NCBI GenBank assembly: GCA_903944135.1
Contig: CAJAQL010000006.1
Span: 9,425 to 73,424, forward strand
Reading direction: 5' to 3'
Origin: an uncultured Parcubacteria group bacterium
Lineage (GTDB): Bacteria > Patescibacteriota > Minisyncoccia > UBA6257 > 2-01-FULL-56-20
DNA: 64,000 bases
A program made the translations under genes and the position numbers. Shown piece after piece: positions 10,321 to 19,030 of this stretch (positions are counted from its first letter, which is position 1; each line of letters begins with the position of its first letter). The notes under the pieces were generated by a model. The model saw only the letters and a program-made list of their open reading frames with translations. It was not told the DNA's origin and did not search any database.

Positions 10321-10926
10321 GTGAAAAAACGCTATACTTTCAACATGGAAGTAGCGAGACCGGTATCACGGCAGCCATTGCCGGATGACGCAAAGAAAGT
10401 ATTTACGGGCGTGCTTTTTGATGTCTATCAATGGGAGGTGAAAGGCTATGATGGTTCGGTCAAGACTTTCGAAAAGATCAAACGGCCGGATTCGGCAATG
10501 GTTATCCCGATCACGGAAGACGAAAAGATAATTTTAGGACTGCAGGAACAGCCGAACAAGGAACCTTTCGTCGGTTTGATCGGTGGCCGCGTCGATGAGG
10601 GGGAGGATGTTCTTGCCGCCGCAAAGCGGGAATTTCTGGAAGAAACGGGATATAAATCGGAAGATTGGTCCTTATTCGACGCCGTCCAACCCGTCGGAAA
10701 GATAGAGTGGGCGGTTTATACGTTCATTGCCAAAGGATGCAAAAAAATTGCGGAGCAGAATTTAGATGGCGCCGAAAAGATAGAGCTCAAATTCGTCGAT
10801 TTTGACGAATTCATGAACATTGCCTCACGGGAAGAATTTACCGACCAGGAATTGAAGATCAGGATACTTGAGGCAAAAGCTGATCCTCGAAAGATGGCAG
10901 AGATCAAAAAACTTATCTTAGGATAA
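10321..10926 (+). CDS. NUDIX hydrolase
   Basis: Nudix box GGRVDEGEDVLAAAKREFLEETGY (GX5EX7REUXEEXGU). Confidence 0.8.
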   Translation: MKKRYTFNMEVARPVSRQPLPDDAKKVFTGVLFDVYQWEVKGYDGSVKTFEKIKRPDSAMVIPITEDEKIILGLQEQPNKEPFVGLIGGRVDEGEDVLAAAKREFLEETGYKSEDWSLFDAVQPVGKIEWAVYTFIAKGCKKIAEQNLDGAEKIELKFVDFDEFMNIASREEFTDQELKIRILEAKADPRKMAEIKKLILG

Positions 10927-10988
10927 AAAAGAGTTCGCGCCCCAATGTATCGATTTCTTATTTTTCTCAATTAAGGTAGCATAAAGGT

Positions 10989-11996
10989 ATGCTTATTGAT
11001 GATGTAACAGCAAGAATCGCGGCAGGCGATGGCGGCAAGGGCGCCGTGGCGTTCAATCGGAATATGATGGCGCTTGGACCGGTGGGCGGTTCCGGTGGGC
11101 GTGGCGGAAATGTTGTCGCTGTCGGTGTCTCCGATATGAGTGCGCTGAACCTGTTCCGCTTTAAAAAAGAGTTCAACGCAGAAAACGGCCGCGAAGGCCG
11201 GGGCCAGTTCCGTGACGGACATGATGGTGAAGATCTTATATTAAGACTTCCCGTGGGCACGGTAGCGCATAATCTCATAACCGGCGAGGACGCGAGCATT
11301 GAACACGTGGGTGAGCGGGTGATCCTCGCCAAGGGCGGGCTCGGCGGCCGGGGAAATTTCTACTTCCGTTCGGCGCACAACACGTCGCCTAAGAACTTCC
11401 AACCGGGACTTCCCGGTGAACAGTTCATGTTCCGCTTCGAATTGAAGCTCATTGCGGATGTTGGTTTTGTGGGGCTTCCGAACGCCGGGAAATCGAGCAT
11501 GCTGAACGAACTTACGAGTGCGCACAGCAAGGTTGCGAACTACCCCTTCACGACGCTCGAACCGAGTCTCGGTGTGTATTACGATCTTATCATTGCCGAC
11601 ATTCCGGGAATCATCGAGGGATCATCGGAAGGCAAGGGGCTTGGCGTTAAATTTTTGCGGCATATCGAGCGTACGCGCATCCTTTTCCATTTCATTGCGT
11701 CAGAATCGCAGGATCTCGAAAAAGATTATAAAACGATCCGCTACGAGCTCGGCGCACATAACCCTGAACTGCTCAAAAAGAAGGAATACTTGTTTCTTTC
11801 AAAGAGCGATCTCTTTGAAAAAAAAGAACTAAAGAAGAAAGTCGACATTTTGAAGAAGCTGAATCCGACTGCCTTTGCGGTATCGATCGCGGACGAAGCG
11901 AGCATGGAGAAGATCAAAAAGATATTGAACAAGATAGAGAAGGAAAAGACAACAAAGGCGGCGAAGGCGGTAAAAGCAAAAAAGACCGGGGTTTAA
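10989..11996 (+). CDS. obg: GTPase Obg/CgtA
   Basis: Gly-rich Obg fold (AGDGGKGAVAF, GGSGGRGGNV), G1 motif GLPNAGKSS, DIPG and a Lys-rich C-terminus. Confidence 0.9.
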   Translation: MLIDDVTARIAAGDGGKGAVAFNRNMMALGPVGGSGGRGGNVVAVGVSDMSALNLFRFKKEFNAENGREGRGQFRDGHDGEDLILRLPVGTVAHNLITGEDASIEHVGERVILAKGGLGGRGNFYFRSAHNTSPKNFQPGLPGEQFMFRFELKLIADVGFVGLPNAGKSSMLNELTSAHSKVANYPFTTLEPSLGVYYDLIIADIPGIIEGSSEGKGLGVKFLRHIERTRILFHFIASESQDLEKDYKTIRYELGAHNPELLKKKEYLFLSKSDLFEKKELKKKVDILKKLNPTAFAVSIADEASMEKIKKILNKIEKEKTTKAAKAVKAKKTGV

Positions 11997-12065
11997 AATA
12001 CTGACATCGCGAATCAGAGCGAGACTGTTAAAAAATCATAAAATCGGCTATACTGCGGACGTATT

Positions 12066-12092
12066 TGCCCGAAAGGGCTTTTCTTTTGATCA
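12066..12092 (+). terminator. Hairpin plus T-run immediately upstream of the ABC-F start (obg terminator or attenuator)
   Basis: ttgcccgaaagggc followed by ttttctttt, ending 1-2 nt before the ATG at 12093. Confidence 0.4.
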
Positions 12093-13547
12093 ATGCCAAA
12101 CAACGACGTCATTTTAAGATTCAGCGGAGTTTCGTTCTCCTACGGGCGGAAAAAGATCCTCGATGAGGTCGGTTTTTCGGTGCGGCGCGGCATGAAGCTG
12201 ACGCTCATGGGACAGAACGGTGCGGGCAAAAGCACCATATTCCAGATGATCATGGGCGAGCTCCAGCCGGAAGAGGGTTCGATCATCATTGAAAAAGGAT
12301 TGAGCATTGCGATCGGAAAACAGGTCATCCCGCGTGATGAGCTCGAGATAACAGTATTGGAATTTTTCGAACGCGCGTTTCCGGGAAAAAAGATGTATGA
12401 CATCGAACCGCGCATCAAAAAAATATTGGAGGTCGTGCATCTTGCGGCGCCGCTTGAAAAGAAGCTTGGCCAGTTCTCGGGAGGCCAGCAGGCACGCTTG
12501 CTGTTGGCGCAGGCGCTCATCCAGGACCCTGACATCCTCCTGCTCGATGAACCGACCAATAATCTCGATAAGCAGGGCGTTGCGGCGCTCACGCAATTTC
12601 TGATCGATTACCAGAAGACCGTCGTCGTCATTTCCCATGACGCTGATTTCCTCAATGCGTTCACGAAAGGCGTGCTGTATCTCGATGTGTTCACGAAAAA
12701 GATAGAACAGTACGTGGGCGATTATCTGAAAGTGGTCGAGGACATCAAGGCGCGGCTCGAACGCGAACGCATGTTAAATGTCCGGCTCGCAAAGGAGATC
12801 CAGCACCGCAAGGACCAGGCGAATTTCTTCGCACAGAAAGGCGGCCACATGCGCGATGTCGCCATGAAGATGAATAAGAAGATATCCGAGCTCGAGGGCG
12901 ATGTCGTTGTGATGCGCCAGGAAGACCGGACGATCCGGAACTTCGTCATTCCGTGTCAGGAAGAGGTTGCGGGTCGTATTCTTTTGCTTACTTCCGTTTC
13001 GGTCGTGAAGGAGCATAAGCCAGTTTCAAAGAAAGTGAATATCATCTTGAAGCGGAAGGAAAAACTGCTGCTCGCCGGACCGAACGGCATCGGCAAAACG
13101 ACCCTGCTTAAAGCTTTAGCGTCTGGCAACGCCAAAGGAGAAGAGATCCAGCCCGGCATCCGCATCGGCTATTATCGCCAGGACTTTTCGACGCTCGATT
13201 TCGATAAAACGGTTTATGAGGAGCTTTCCGATGCTGCGCGCCAAGGGACGGAAGAAGAGATGCGTTCAACGGCTGCGGGATTTTTACTTGACGCGGAAAT
13301 CTTGAAGACAAAGATCGGATTACTCTCCGAGGGCCAGAAAGGACTTGTTGCTTTTGCGCGGCTTGTTCTTGAGCGCCCGGGATTGCTGCTTCTCGATGAG
13401 CCGACGAACCATATCAATTTCCGTCATATTCCCGTCATCGCAAAAGCGCTGGATCGCTATGACGGCGCGATGATCCTCGTGAGCCATGTTCCTGATTTCG
13501 TGAAACAGATCAAGATCACCCAAACGCTGGATCTGGAAGTGCTATAA
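12093..13547 (+). CDS. ABC-F family ATPase (two tandem ABC domains, no TM domain)
   Basis: Walker A GQNGAGKST and GPNGIGKTT; signatures LSGGQQARLL and LSEGQKGLVAF; a linker lies between the domains. Confidence 0.9.
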   Translation: MPNNDVILRFSGVSFSYGRKKILDEVGFSVRRGMKLTLMGQNGAGKSTIFQMIMGELQPEEGSIIIEKGLSIAIGKQVIPRDELEITVLEFFERAFPGKKMYDIEPRIKKILEVVHLAAPLEKKLGQFSGGQQARLLLAQALIQDPDILLLDEPTNNLDKQGVAALTQFLIDYQKTVVVISHDADFLNAFTKGVLYLDVFTKKIEQYVGDYLKVVEDIKARLERERMLNVRLAKEIQHRKDQANFFAQKGGHMRDVAMKMNKKISELEGDVVVMRQEDRTIRNFVIPCQEEVAGRILLLTSVSVVKEHKPVSKKVNIILKRKEKLLLAGPNGIGKTTLLKALASGNAKGEEIQPGIRIGYYRQDFSTLDFDKTVYEELSDAARQGTEEEMRSTAAGFLLDAEILKTKIGLLSEGQKGLVAFARLVLERPGLLLLDEPTNHINFRHIPVIAKALDRYDGAMILVSHVPDFVKQIKITQTLDLEVL

Positions 13548-13564
13548 ATCAGAAAGTTCTTATT

Positions 13565-13712
13565 TGTCGTTCCCGCGCATGCGGGAACCCAGCTTTATTT
13601 TTTCCTTTCTGTCATCCTCGACTTGGTCGAGGATACCTGCTTCCTTTCTCTATAATTTGAATAAAGATTGGAAGCACGGATAGTCCCGCCTTCGGGACTA
13701 TGACAGAGAAAA
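13565..13712. repeat. Cluster of 3 GC-rich palindromic repeat units (dispersed family)
   Basis: gttcccgcgcatgcgggaac, ctgtcatcctcgac-ttg-gtcgaggata and agtcccgccttcgggact followed by atgacagag. The same unit types recur at 12 or more other sites. Confidence 0.7.
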
Positions 13713-13722
13713 GGGAAGCTTT

Positions 13723-14487
13723 TTATCTTTTCTTTTTGAACAGGCTGAGCACGAAAAACGCGGCGGCGGTCACGACCACGGTCGCACCGGTGTCGAGATT
13801 ATAGTGCATGGCAATGAATGTGCCGATAAGCATCGAGAGTACGGAAACGATAACGGATGTCGTAAGAAACGTGCCGAGAGAATGAGTGAGTTGGCGTGAA
13901 ACGGCTGCCGGAATAATGATGAGCGATCCCACGAGCAGCGCCCCAAGGAAACGAAGATTGGCGAGGATCGCAAGACCGAAAAGCAGCAAATACCAAAGAT
14001 TTATCCTATCCACATTGATGCCGCTCGAAATTGCGAGCTCCGGCGAAAAAAGCGAAATAATGAGCTTGTTTCGCAAAAGCCATAATGCAACGATGATCAA
14101 AATGCTTGCTCCGGCACCAAAAGCGAATTCGGCGGGCGTGAGATTTTTGAAGCCACCGAAAAGCGCATCAACCAGCGCTTCGTCCGAATGAATGAGAAGC
14201 GCGCCAAGTGCGACCGAGCTCGCAAAGATGACCCCGATCGCGGCTTCGGCGGAAAGCTCGGTCTTTTTCTGCAATTGCCAGATAATAAGGATACCGAGAA
14301 AAAGCGTAAGTCCTCCGCCGACCAAGGGATCCCACGCGAAAAGCAGGGCAAGCCCGAGGCCGGGGATCGCGATATGCGACATCACGTCGCCCGCAAGGAT
14401 GGTCCGCTTCATCAGGGCGAATGCACCAACCAGCCCCGCAGCGGCTGCGGCAAGGATTGCAAGAATTATGGAATAAGAGGAAGCCAT
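13723..14487 (-). CDS. znuB: Metal (Zn/Mn) ABC transporter permease, ABC-3/ZnuB-like
   Basis: 8 predicted TM helices, the ABC-3 family pattern, and translational coupling to the ATPase upstream. Confidence 0.75.
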   Translation of the reverse strand: MASSYSIILAILAAAAAGLVGAFALMKRTILAGDVMSHIAIPGLGLALLFAWDPLVGGGLTLFLGILIIWQLQKKTELSAEAAIGVIFASSVALGALLIHSDEALVDALFGGFKNLTPAEFAFGAGASILIIVALWLLRNKLIISLFSPELAISSGINVDRINLWYLLLFGLAILANLRFLGALLVGSLIIIPAAVSRQLTHSLGTFLTTSVIVSVLSMLIGTFIAMHYNLDTGATVVVTAAAFFVLSLFKKKR

Positions 14488-14518
14488 TGTTTAATATCTA
14501 AAAAGTATCTTTATCTTG

Positions 14519-15259
14519 TCATTGCTGAATGTCGTGATTTTTGGTGCGATGATCATCCGAATGAGAATCGTTGAAATAATGGAAGTACTTGTGCGGTCCA
14601 TAAAGCTTTTCGAGCGCTTCCGGCGTCAAGGCGATGTCGGGTTCTCCGAAACAAACGCCGGCCCGGTTCAGGCACAGCACCTTGGTGGCATATTGGTAGA
14701 CGAAGCTTAAATCGTGCGAAACCACGATGGTCGTAATGCCTTGTGCGTCCTGCAGGCGATGAATAAGATCATATATCTGCTCTTCGCCCGCAACGTCGAT
14801 ACTTGCGGTAGGTTCATCAAAAATAAGTACGCTCGGCTTACCGAGGAGCGCGAAGGCGATCAGCCCCCGCTGGAACTCGCCGCCGGAAAGATGACCTACG
14901 GAAGTCGTAATAATGTTGTTGTTCAGACCGACTATCTCGATAACTTCTTCTATGTCGGCCGCCGGTAATTTGAGGATGCTCGCTTTTGCGGCAAAAAGAT
15001 TCTTGAAATTAACGGGTAAGTGTCGATCGGCATCGATCTTCTGAGGAACATAGCCGATCCGTGTTTTTGGCGCCCATGTTATCGTGCCGCGATAGGGGAT
15101 CATGCCGAGAAGTGCACGAAGAAAAACGGTTTTGCCTGCACCGTTCGGTCCGATGACCGCAAGACTTTCTCCTGCACCAAGTTCCATGGAAACGTCTTCG
15201 AGAACGTTCTTGCCGTCAAAAGAAACTTCAATGTTTAAAACAGTGAGTGCTGGCTGCAT
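14519..15259 (-). CDS. znuC: Metal ABC transporter ATP-binding protein, ZnuC-like
   Basis: Walker A GPNGAGKT, signature LSGGEFQR, Walker B LIFDEP and a His-rich C-terminus (HYFNDSHSDDH). Confidence 0.8.
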   Translation of the reverse strand: MQPALTVLNIEVSFDGKNVLEDVSMELGAGESLAVIGPNGAGKTVFLRALLGMIPYRGTITWAPKTRIGYVPQKIDADRHLPVNFKNLFAAKASILKLPAADIEEVIEIVGLNNNIITTSVGHLSGGEFQRGLIAFALLGKPSVLIFDEPTASIDVAGEEQIYDLIHRLQDAQGITTIVVSHDLSFVYQYATKVLCLNRAGVCFGEPDIALTPEALEKLYGPHKYFHYFNDSHSDDHRTKNHDIQQ

Positions 15260-15393
15260 AAGAAAAGTATAGCATGGATTTTATGAAGCTCCGAGCCAAG
15301 GGATCTGGGCGTTCATCTAAATGTCCCGATGAATAACGTAAAAAAGCGGCCGCCCGACGGATCGGACGGCCAAGGTTAATGGGGTGGTGGATG

Positions 15394-15750
15394 TTATCTC
15401 TTTTGAAAGAGCAGCCCGTCAAGGATCATTCGTGCCGCTTCGGAGAGACTGCACCGTTCCATCTCGGCGACAAACGCCACGACATCGCTTCCGGTGGTCG
15501 TACGTGTTGCGGCACACTGGGTTGAAAGACACCTCCATTTGAGAAGCCCATCCATGACAGGATCGACTTCCGCACGAAAAGACCTTCCTCCTGCCCGCTG
15601 ATGCCCCGGCAGGGGACAATGTCCATAAACGACATTTCCTCTCGTATTTTCGGTGAGCTGAACGCCATAATGTCGCATGGCATGCTCAAGATGAACAGCT
15701 TTCCGGGCCCGCAAAATCATGGACTCGGGGGTGGTCAAAGTACCCGCCAT
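15394..15750 (-). CDS. Standalone CHC2-type (DnaG-like) zinc-finger domain protein
   Basis: GHCPLPGHQ…SFRAEVD…WRCLSTQCAATRTTTGSDVVAFV matches the primase CHC2 zinc-finger pattern (CP-x-H…C-x2-C). At 118 aa there is no TOPRIM domain. Confidence 0.6.
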   Translation of the reverse strand: MAGTLTTPESMILRARKAVHLEHAMRHYGVQLTENTRGNVVYGHCPLPGHQRAGGRSFRAEVDPVMDGLLKWRCLSTQCAATRTTTGSDVVAFVAEMERCSLSEAARMILDGLLFQKR

Positions 15751-15862
15751 ATCTCACCTCATGCAATGAACTGGATTTTAGCTCTTACGAGCCAGAGATA
15801 AAGCATATCAAAATTACAGAGAAAAACAAGAAAAATCCCGCATATCGCGGAAGATCCGAGAT

Positions 15863-16366
15863 CTATTTTATGCCAACTATGCGATAATTCGTTGAACCGT
15901 TTTTCGTTTTTATTGTCACGCTTTCTTCGGATTTTTTTCCGATGAGCGAGGCACCGAGCGGAGATTCCTGCGAGATGCGGCCGGTGTCGGGATTCGTTTC
16001 CTTTGGTCCAACGATTTCAAATCTCTTCTCACCATTTTTCGTTTCGAGCGTAACGATGGAACCGAGTTTGATGCCACCGTCCGCATCGGGTCCCGGCGTT
16101 ATCACGACGACACGCTTCAATTCATCTTCTATCTCCAGTATTTGCCAATTCGCCCTACGAAGCGCTCCTTTGGATGCCGTATATGCCGCGTTGTCCGAAC
16201 GATCGCCCTGAGCAGCCGCCTGTGCCGTATCGGCAATGAGGTTCGGCAGGGATCGCCTGATCCGTGCCAACTTTCCTTGGAGTCGCGCGAAACCCGCCTC
16301 GGTCAGATAAACGGGCCCGGTGTCGCGCTTTTTCAACTCGTCAGATTTGCGTCGAGGGATCTGCAT
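15863..16366 (-). CDS. greA: Transcription elongation factor GreA
   Basis: N-terminal coiled coil (LTEAGFARLQGKLARIRR) and a C-terminal FKBP-like domain (…PLGASLIGKKSEESVTIKT…). Confidence 0.85.
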   Translation of the reverse strand: MQIPRRKSDELKKRDTGPVYLTEAGFARLQGKLARIRRSLPNLIADTAQAAAQGDRSDNAAYTASKGALRRANWQILEIEDELKRVVVITPGPDADGGIKLGSIVTLETKNGEKRFEIVGPKETNPDTGRISQESPLGASLIGKKSEESVTIKTKNGSTNYRIVGIK

Positions 16367-16464
16367 GATACCGTTATTCTACATTTCCTTTTATTTTTTG
16401 AACACAGCTAAGGTTGCGCATGAACAGGTAATTTGATTTACTTACTATCAAGAAGAAGCAGATC

Positions 16465-17094
16465 ATGAAAAACAGCAACAGGAATGGGATCGAACTGATC
16501 TTAGGAACGATGCGTTGCGGGAAAACCGCGGAACTTCTGCGCCGCATTGCGGTTCAACGAAACTTCGCCCATCACGACGTTCTTGTCGTCAAACCTGCCG
16601 ATGACACGAAGAGCGGAACGGGAGTGATTACGAGCCGTTATGAAAAAGGCGAGCAGCAGATGCCGGCGATCGAGATCGATTCTCAGAACCCATGGGAGAT
16701 CTATGATATTCTCGAGAGGGAAGAGCAAAGACTTAATAAAAGAGTGGACGCGATCGCGATCGACGAGGGGCAGTTCGTGAAAGATCTTTTTCCGCTTGCC
16801 GGTTCCTTGCTTGAAAACGGTTACGACCTGCTCATTGCCGGACTCGACCTCGATTTCCGGGGTCTGCCGTTCGGCGACATGCTGAAATTGCAGTGGTTCA
16901 TCTCTGCGTACGGCGGCAGCGTCACCCAGTGCGTATCATACTGTCAATGTGGCGCACAGGCGTTCTTCTCTCAGCGGCTTGATGAGAATGGTGATCCCGC
17001 GCCATATGATAGTCCGATCATCATGCCGGGAGAATCGTATCGTCCACGCTGCCGGAAGTGTTTTGTGCTTCCCGGCCGGCCGCATCTCTGGTGA
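16465..17094 (+). CDS. tdk: Thymidine kinase
   Basis: P-loop GTMRCGKTAELL, IDEGQF, and a C-terminal Zn-ribbon CQCGAQA…CRKC. Confidence 0.9.
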   Translation: MKNSNRNGIELILGTMRCGKTAELLRRIAVQRNFAHHDVLVVKPADDTKSGTGVITSRYEKGEQQMPAIEIDSQNPWEIYDILEREEQRLNKRVDAIAIDEGQFVKDLFPLAGSLLENGYDLLIAGLDLDFRGLPFGDMLKLQWFISAYGGSVTQCVSYCQCGAQAFFSQRLDENGDPAPYDSPIIMPGESYRPRCRKCFVLPGRPHLW

Positions 17095-17107
17095 TCCGTC
17101 GCTCGCA

Positions 17108-17845
17108 TTACGCTGTATTTTTCTTTTTCACGAACGTTATCGCCTTCGTGAGCGTCTTTTCGAAATCATGATATCTGAGCCATGCTTTTTCGATCACGTT
17201 ACGAAGTTCTTCGTGTCCCGGGTAGCCGATATCCCGACTGAATCGCAAATCGTCGAATTCGACGTTCAGTAAAACCGTAAAAGATTCTTTGATATCCCAT
17301 ATTTGCTGTTCTGATAATCCCTGTTCCTCGCAGGTTTTCTGGTAATAAGTATGGAACATGAAATGCATCAATTCATGCATGGCGTTATCCGTTCCTCCTG
17401 CAAACGTATTTCTGAACATGTTTGCCGCAAAGATCCGAGCCGGTACGTTGTAGCCGAACCAGTCGTCGCAAGATAAAGCGCCGCGAATCGAGGAAAACGC
17501 AAATGGCCGATCGTGCACCCTCTCGATCCTTCGAATAAAATCCTTTTCCATCTTCGCCCATGCAATGTTCATATCTTTTGCAAGCACGTTCAACATCTTT
17601 TTTCTCGATGGGGAATAACGCCAGTCGATTTCTTTGGCGATAAAGCGCCTCTGTGCGGCAGGAGAAAGTTTCAGAAGTTTCTCATAACGCTCGCTTTGCC
17701 TTGCGGTGAATGGATGATTTTTGTTCTTATAGGTCCAAAGATTGATCAGATGATTTTCGATATCCAGATCTTTATCGACCACGAATCGAACGATTTGTTT
17801 CTGCATATTTGAAATTATAGCTCTTTTTCGCCATTTTCGGTTCAA
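17108..17845 (-). CDS. Hypothetical protein with an HEXXH motif (putative Zn-metallopeptidase-like)
   Basis: AMHELMHFMFH contains HExxH; no other recognised domain. Confidence 0.45.
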   Translation of the reverse strand: MNRKWRKRAIISNMQKQIVRFVVDKDLDIENHLINLWTYKNKNHPFTARQSERYEKLLKLSPAAQRRFIAKEIDWRYSPSRKKMLNVLAKDMNIAWAKMEKDFIRRIERVHDRPFAFSSIRGALSCDDWFGYNVPARIFAANMFRNTFAGGTDNAMHELMHFMFHTYYQKTCEEQGLSEQQIWDIKESFTVLLNVEFDDLRFSRDIGYPGHEELRNVIEKAWLRYHDFEKTLTKAITFVKKKNTA

Positions 17846-17916
17846 CGATGGACGCGAAAATCAGGTAAAAAGAGGAAAACTTTCACAAAAATCTGATTTT
17901 CGGGTATGATAGCGGC

Positions 17917-18528
17917 ATGAGGAAAAGAATATGGATCGTGTTTGGCTGCGTCGTTGCCGCGGTAATTGTGGCGGCGGTGGTTTTGGATGTTAAGGCAAAA
18001 CGGTCCGTTCAGGAAAAAGTTGTTGTTCCGACGGGATGGCAAAGCTATAAGAACACGGATTATGGATTTTCACTTGCTTATCCGGCAAATTGGCAGATTT
18101 TTACGGGTTTGCTGAAAAATGATGTTCCGGAAGTGGTTTTTGGCGATCCGATCGAGGGAACGACCACTTACGCACTGGATGTGTTGATCAAAAACAATAC
18201 CAGCACGCTTTCTTCCGGGGAATACGTTGCGGATATGCTGTCAAAACTAGAAACGGAAAATCAGGCGAATGGAACAGATACGCCGTCAGCTTTTGTTCAA
18301 TTTGTAAATGCATCAGGATCGGACGTAACCGTGGCGGGGAATGACGGCTATGAGCTGAACGATGTTTTCGAGTTCGACCACAACGCGGAGCAGATCTATG
18401 TGGCGCACAACGACAAAACTCTTGTCTTTGATTTCCCTGTTGTCGATACGAATCCGAATATTTCTTCATCGACGGAAAACAATGCTATTGCACATGAGAT
18501 AGTGAATACACTGAGCTTCATGAGATAA
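17917..18528 (+). CDS. Hypothetical membrane-anchored extracytoplasmic protein
   Basis: N-terminal TM or signal anchor (IWIVFGCVVAAVIVAAVVL). Confidence 0.5.
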   Translation: MRKRIWIVFGCVVAAVIVAAVVLDVKAKRSVQEKVVVPTGWQSYKNTDYGFSLAYPANWQIFTGLLKNDVPEVVFGDPIEGTTTYALDVLIKNNTSTLSSGEYVADMLSKLETENQANGTDTPSAFVQFVNASGSDVTVAGNDGYELNDVFEFDHNAEQIYVAHNDKTLVFDFPVVDTNPNISSSTENNAIAHEIVNTLSFMR

Positions 18529-18597
18529 AGCAGAGATTCAAAGCCTGAAATACAAAGGAAAATAGCTATTATCCTGGAATCATGCTATGCTATAAGC

Positions 18598-19017
18598 ATG
18601 ACCGCTTCAGAAAAAGTCAAGTCAACCCTCGATCAAAAGCTTAAAAAGGTTCGCGAAACACCGGCTGGTTTCCCATTTTTTGTTTCACTGCATGACTTTG
18701 TGAAATATATCGAATCCACGCCGTCATTTGCCATCTTTTTCAAAGGAACGAAAAGGGGAAGCCGGGCGTCAGAGATCTCTGTGAAATATGCCCTTATGAA
18801 GCAGATCTATCAAGGGATAGAAGATATTGATATCCGCACCAAGGAAGATCTTGGGCACGACCGCTATGTGGCGATCCGCGAATTGAGGTTGATCCGCGAC
18901 GAGGAAGTTTCCGAAAACAATGCATTCTGGAAGCATCGCGAATTTCTCCGCAAGATGGCAGGGGATATTCATAAGACGCTTCAAGACTACCTCGCCGAAT
19001 CAGAAGTTAAAAATTAA
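18598..19017 (+). CDS. Hypothetical protein
   Basis: 139-aa ORF with no recognised motif. Confidence 0.4.
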   Translation: MTASEKVKSTLDQKLKKVRETPAGFPFFVSLHDFVKYIESTPSFAIFFKGTKRGSRASEISVKYALMKQIYQGIEDIDIRTKEDLGHDRYVAIRELRLIRDEEVSENNAFWKHREFLRKMAGDIHKTLQDYLAESEVKN

Positions 19018-19030
19018 ATCAAGCACGCAC

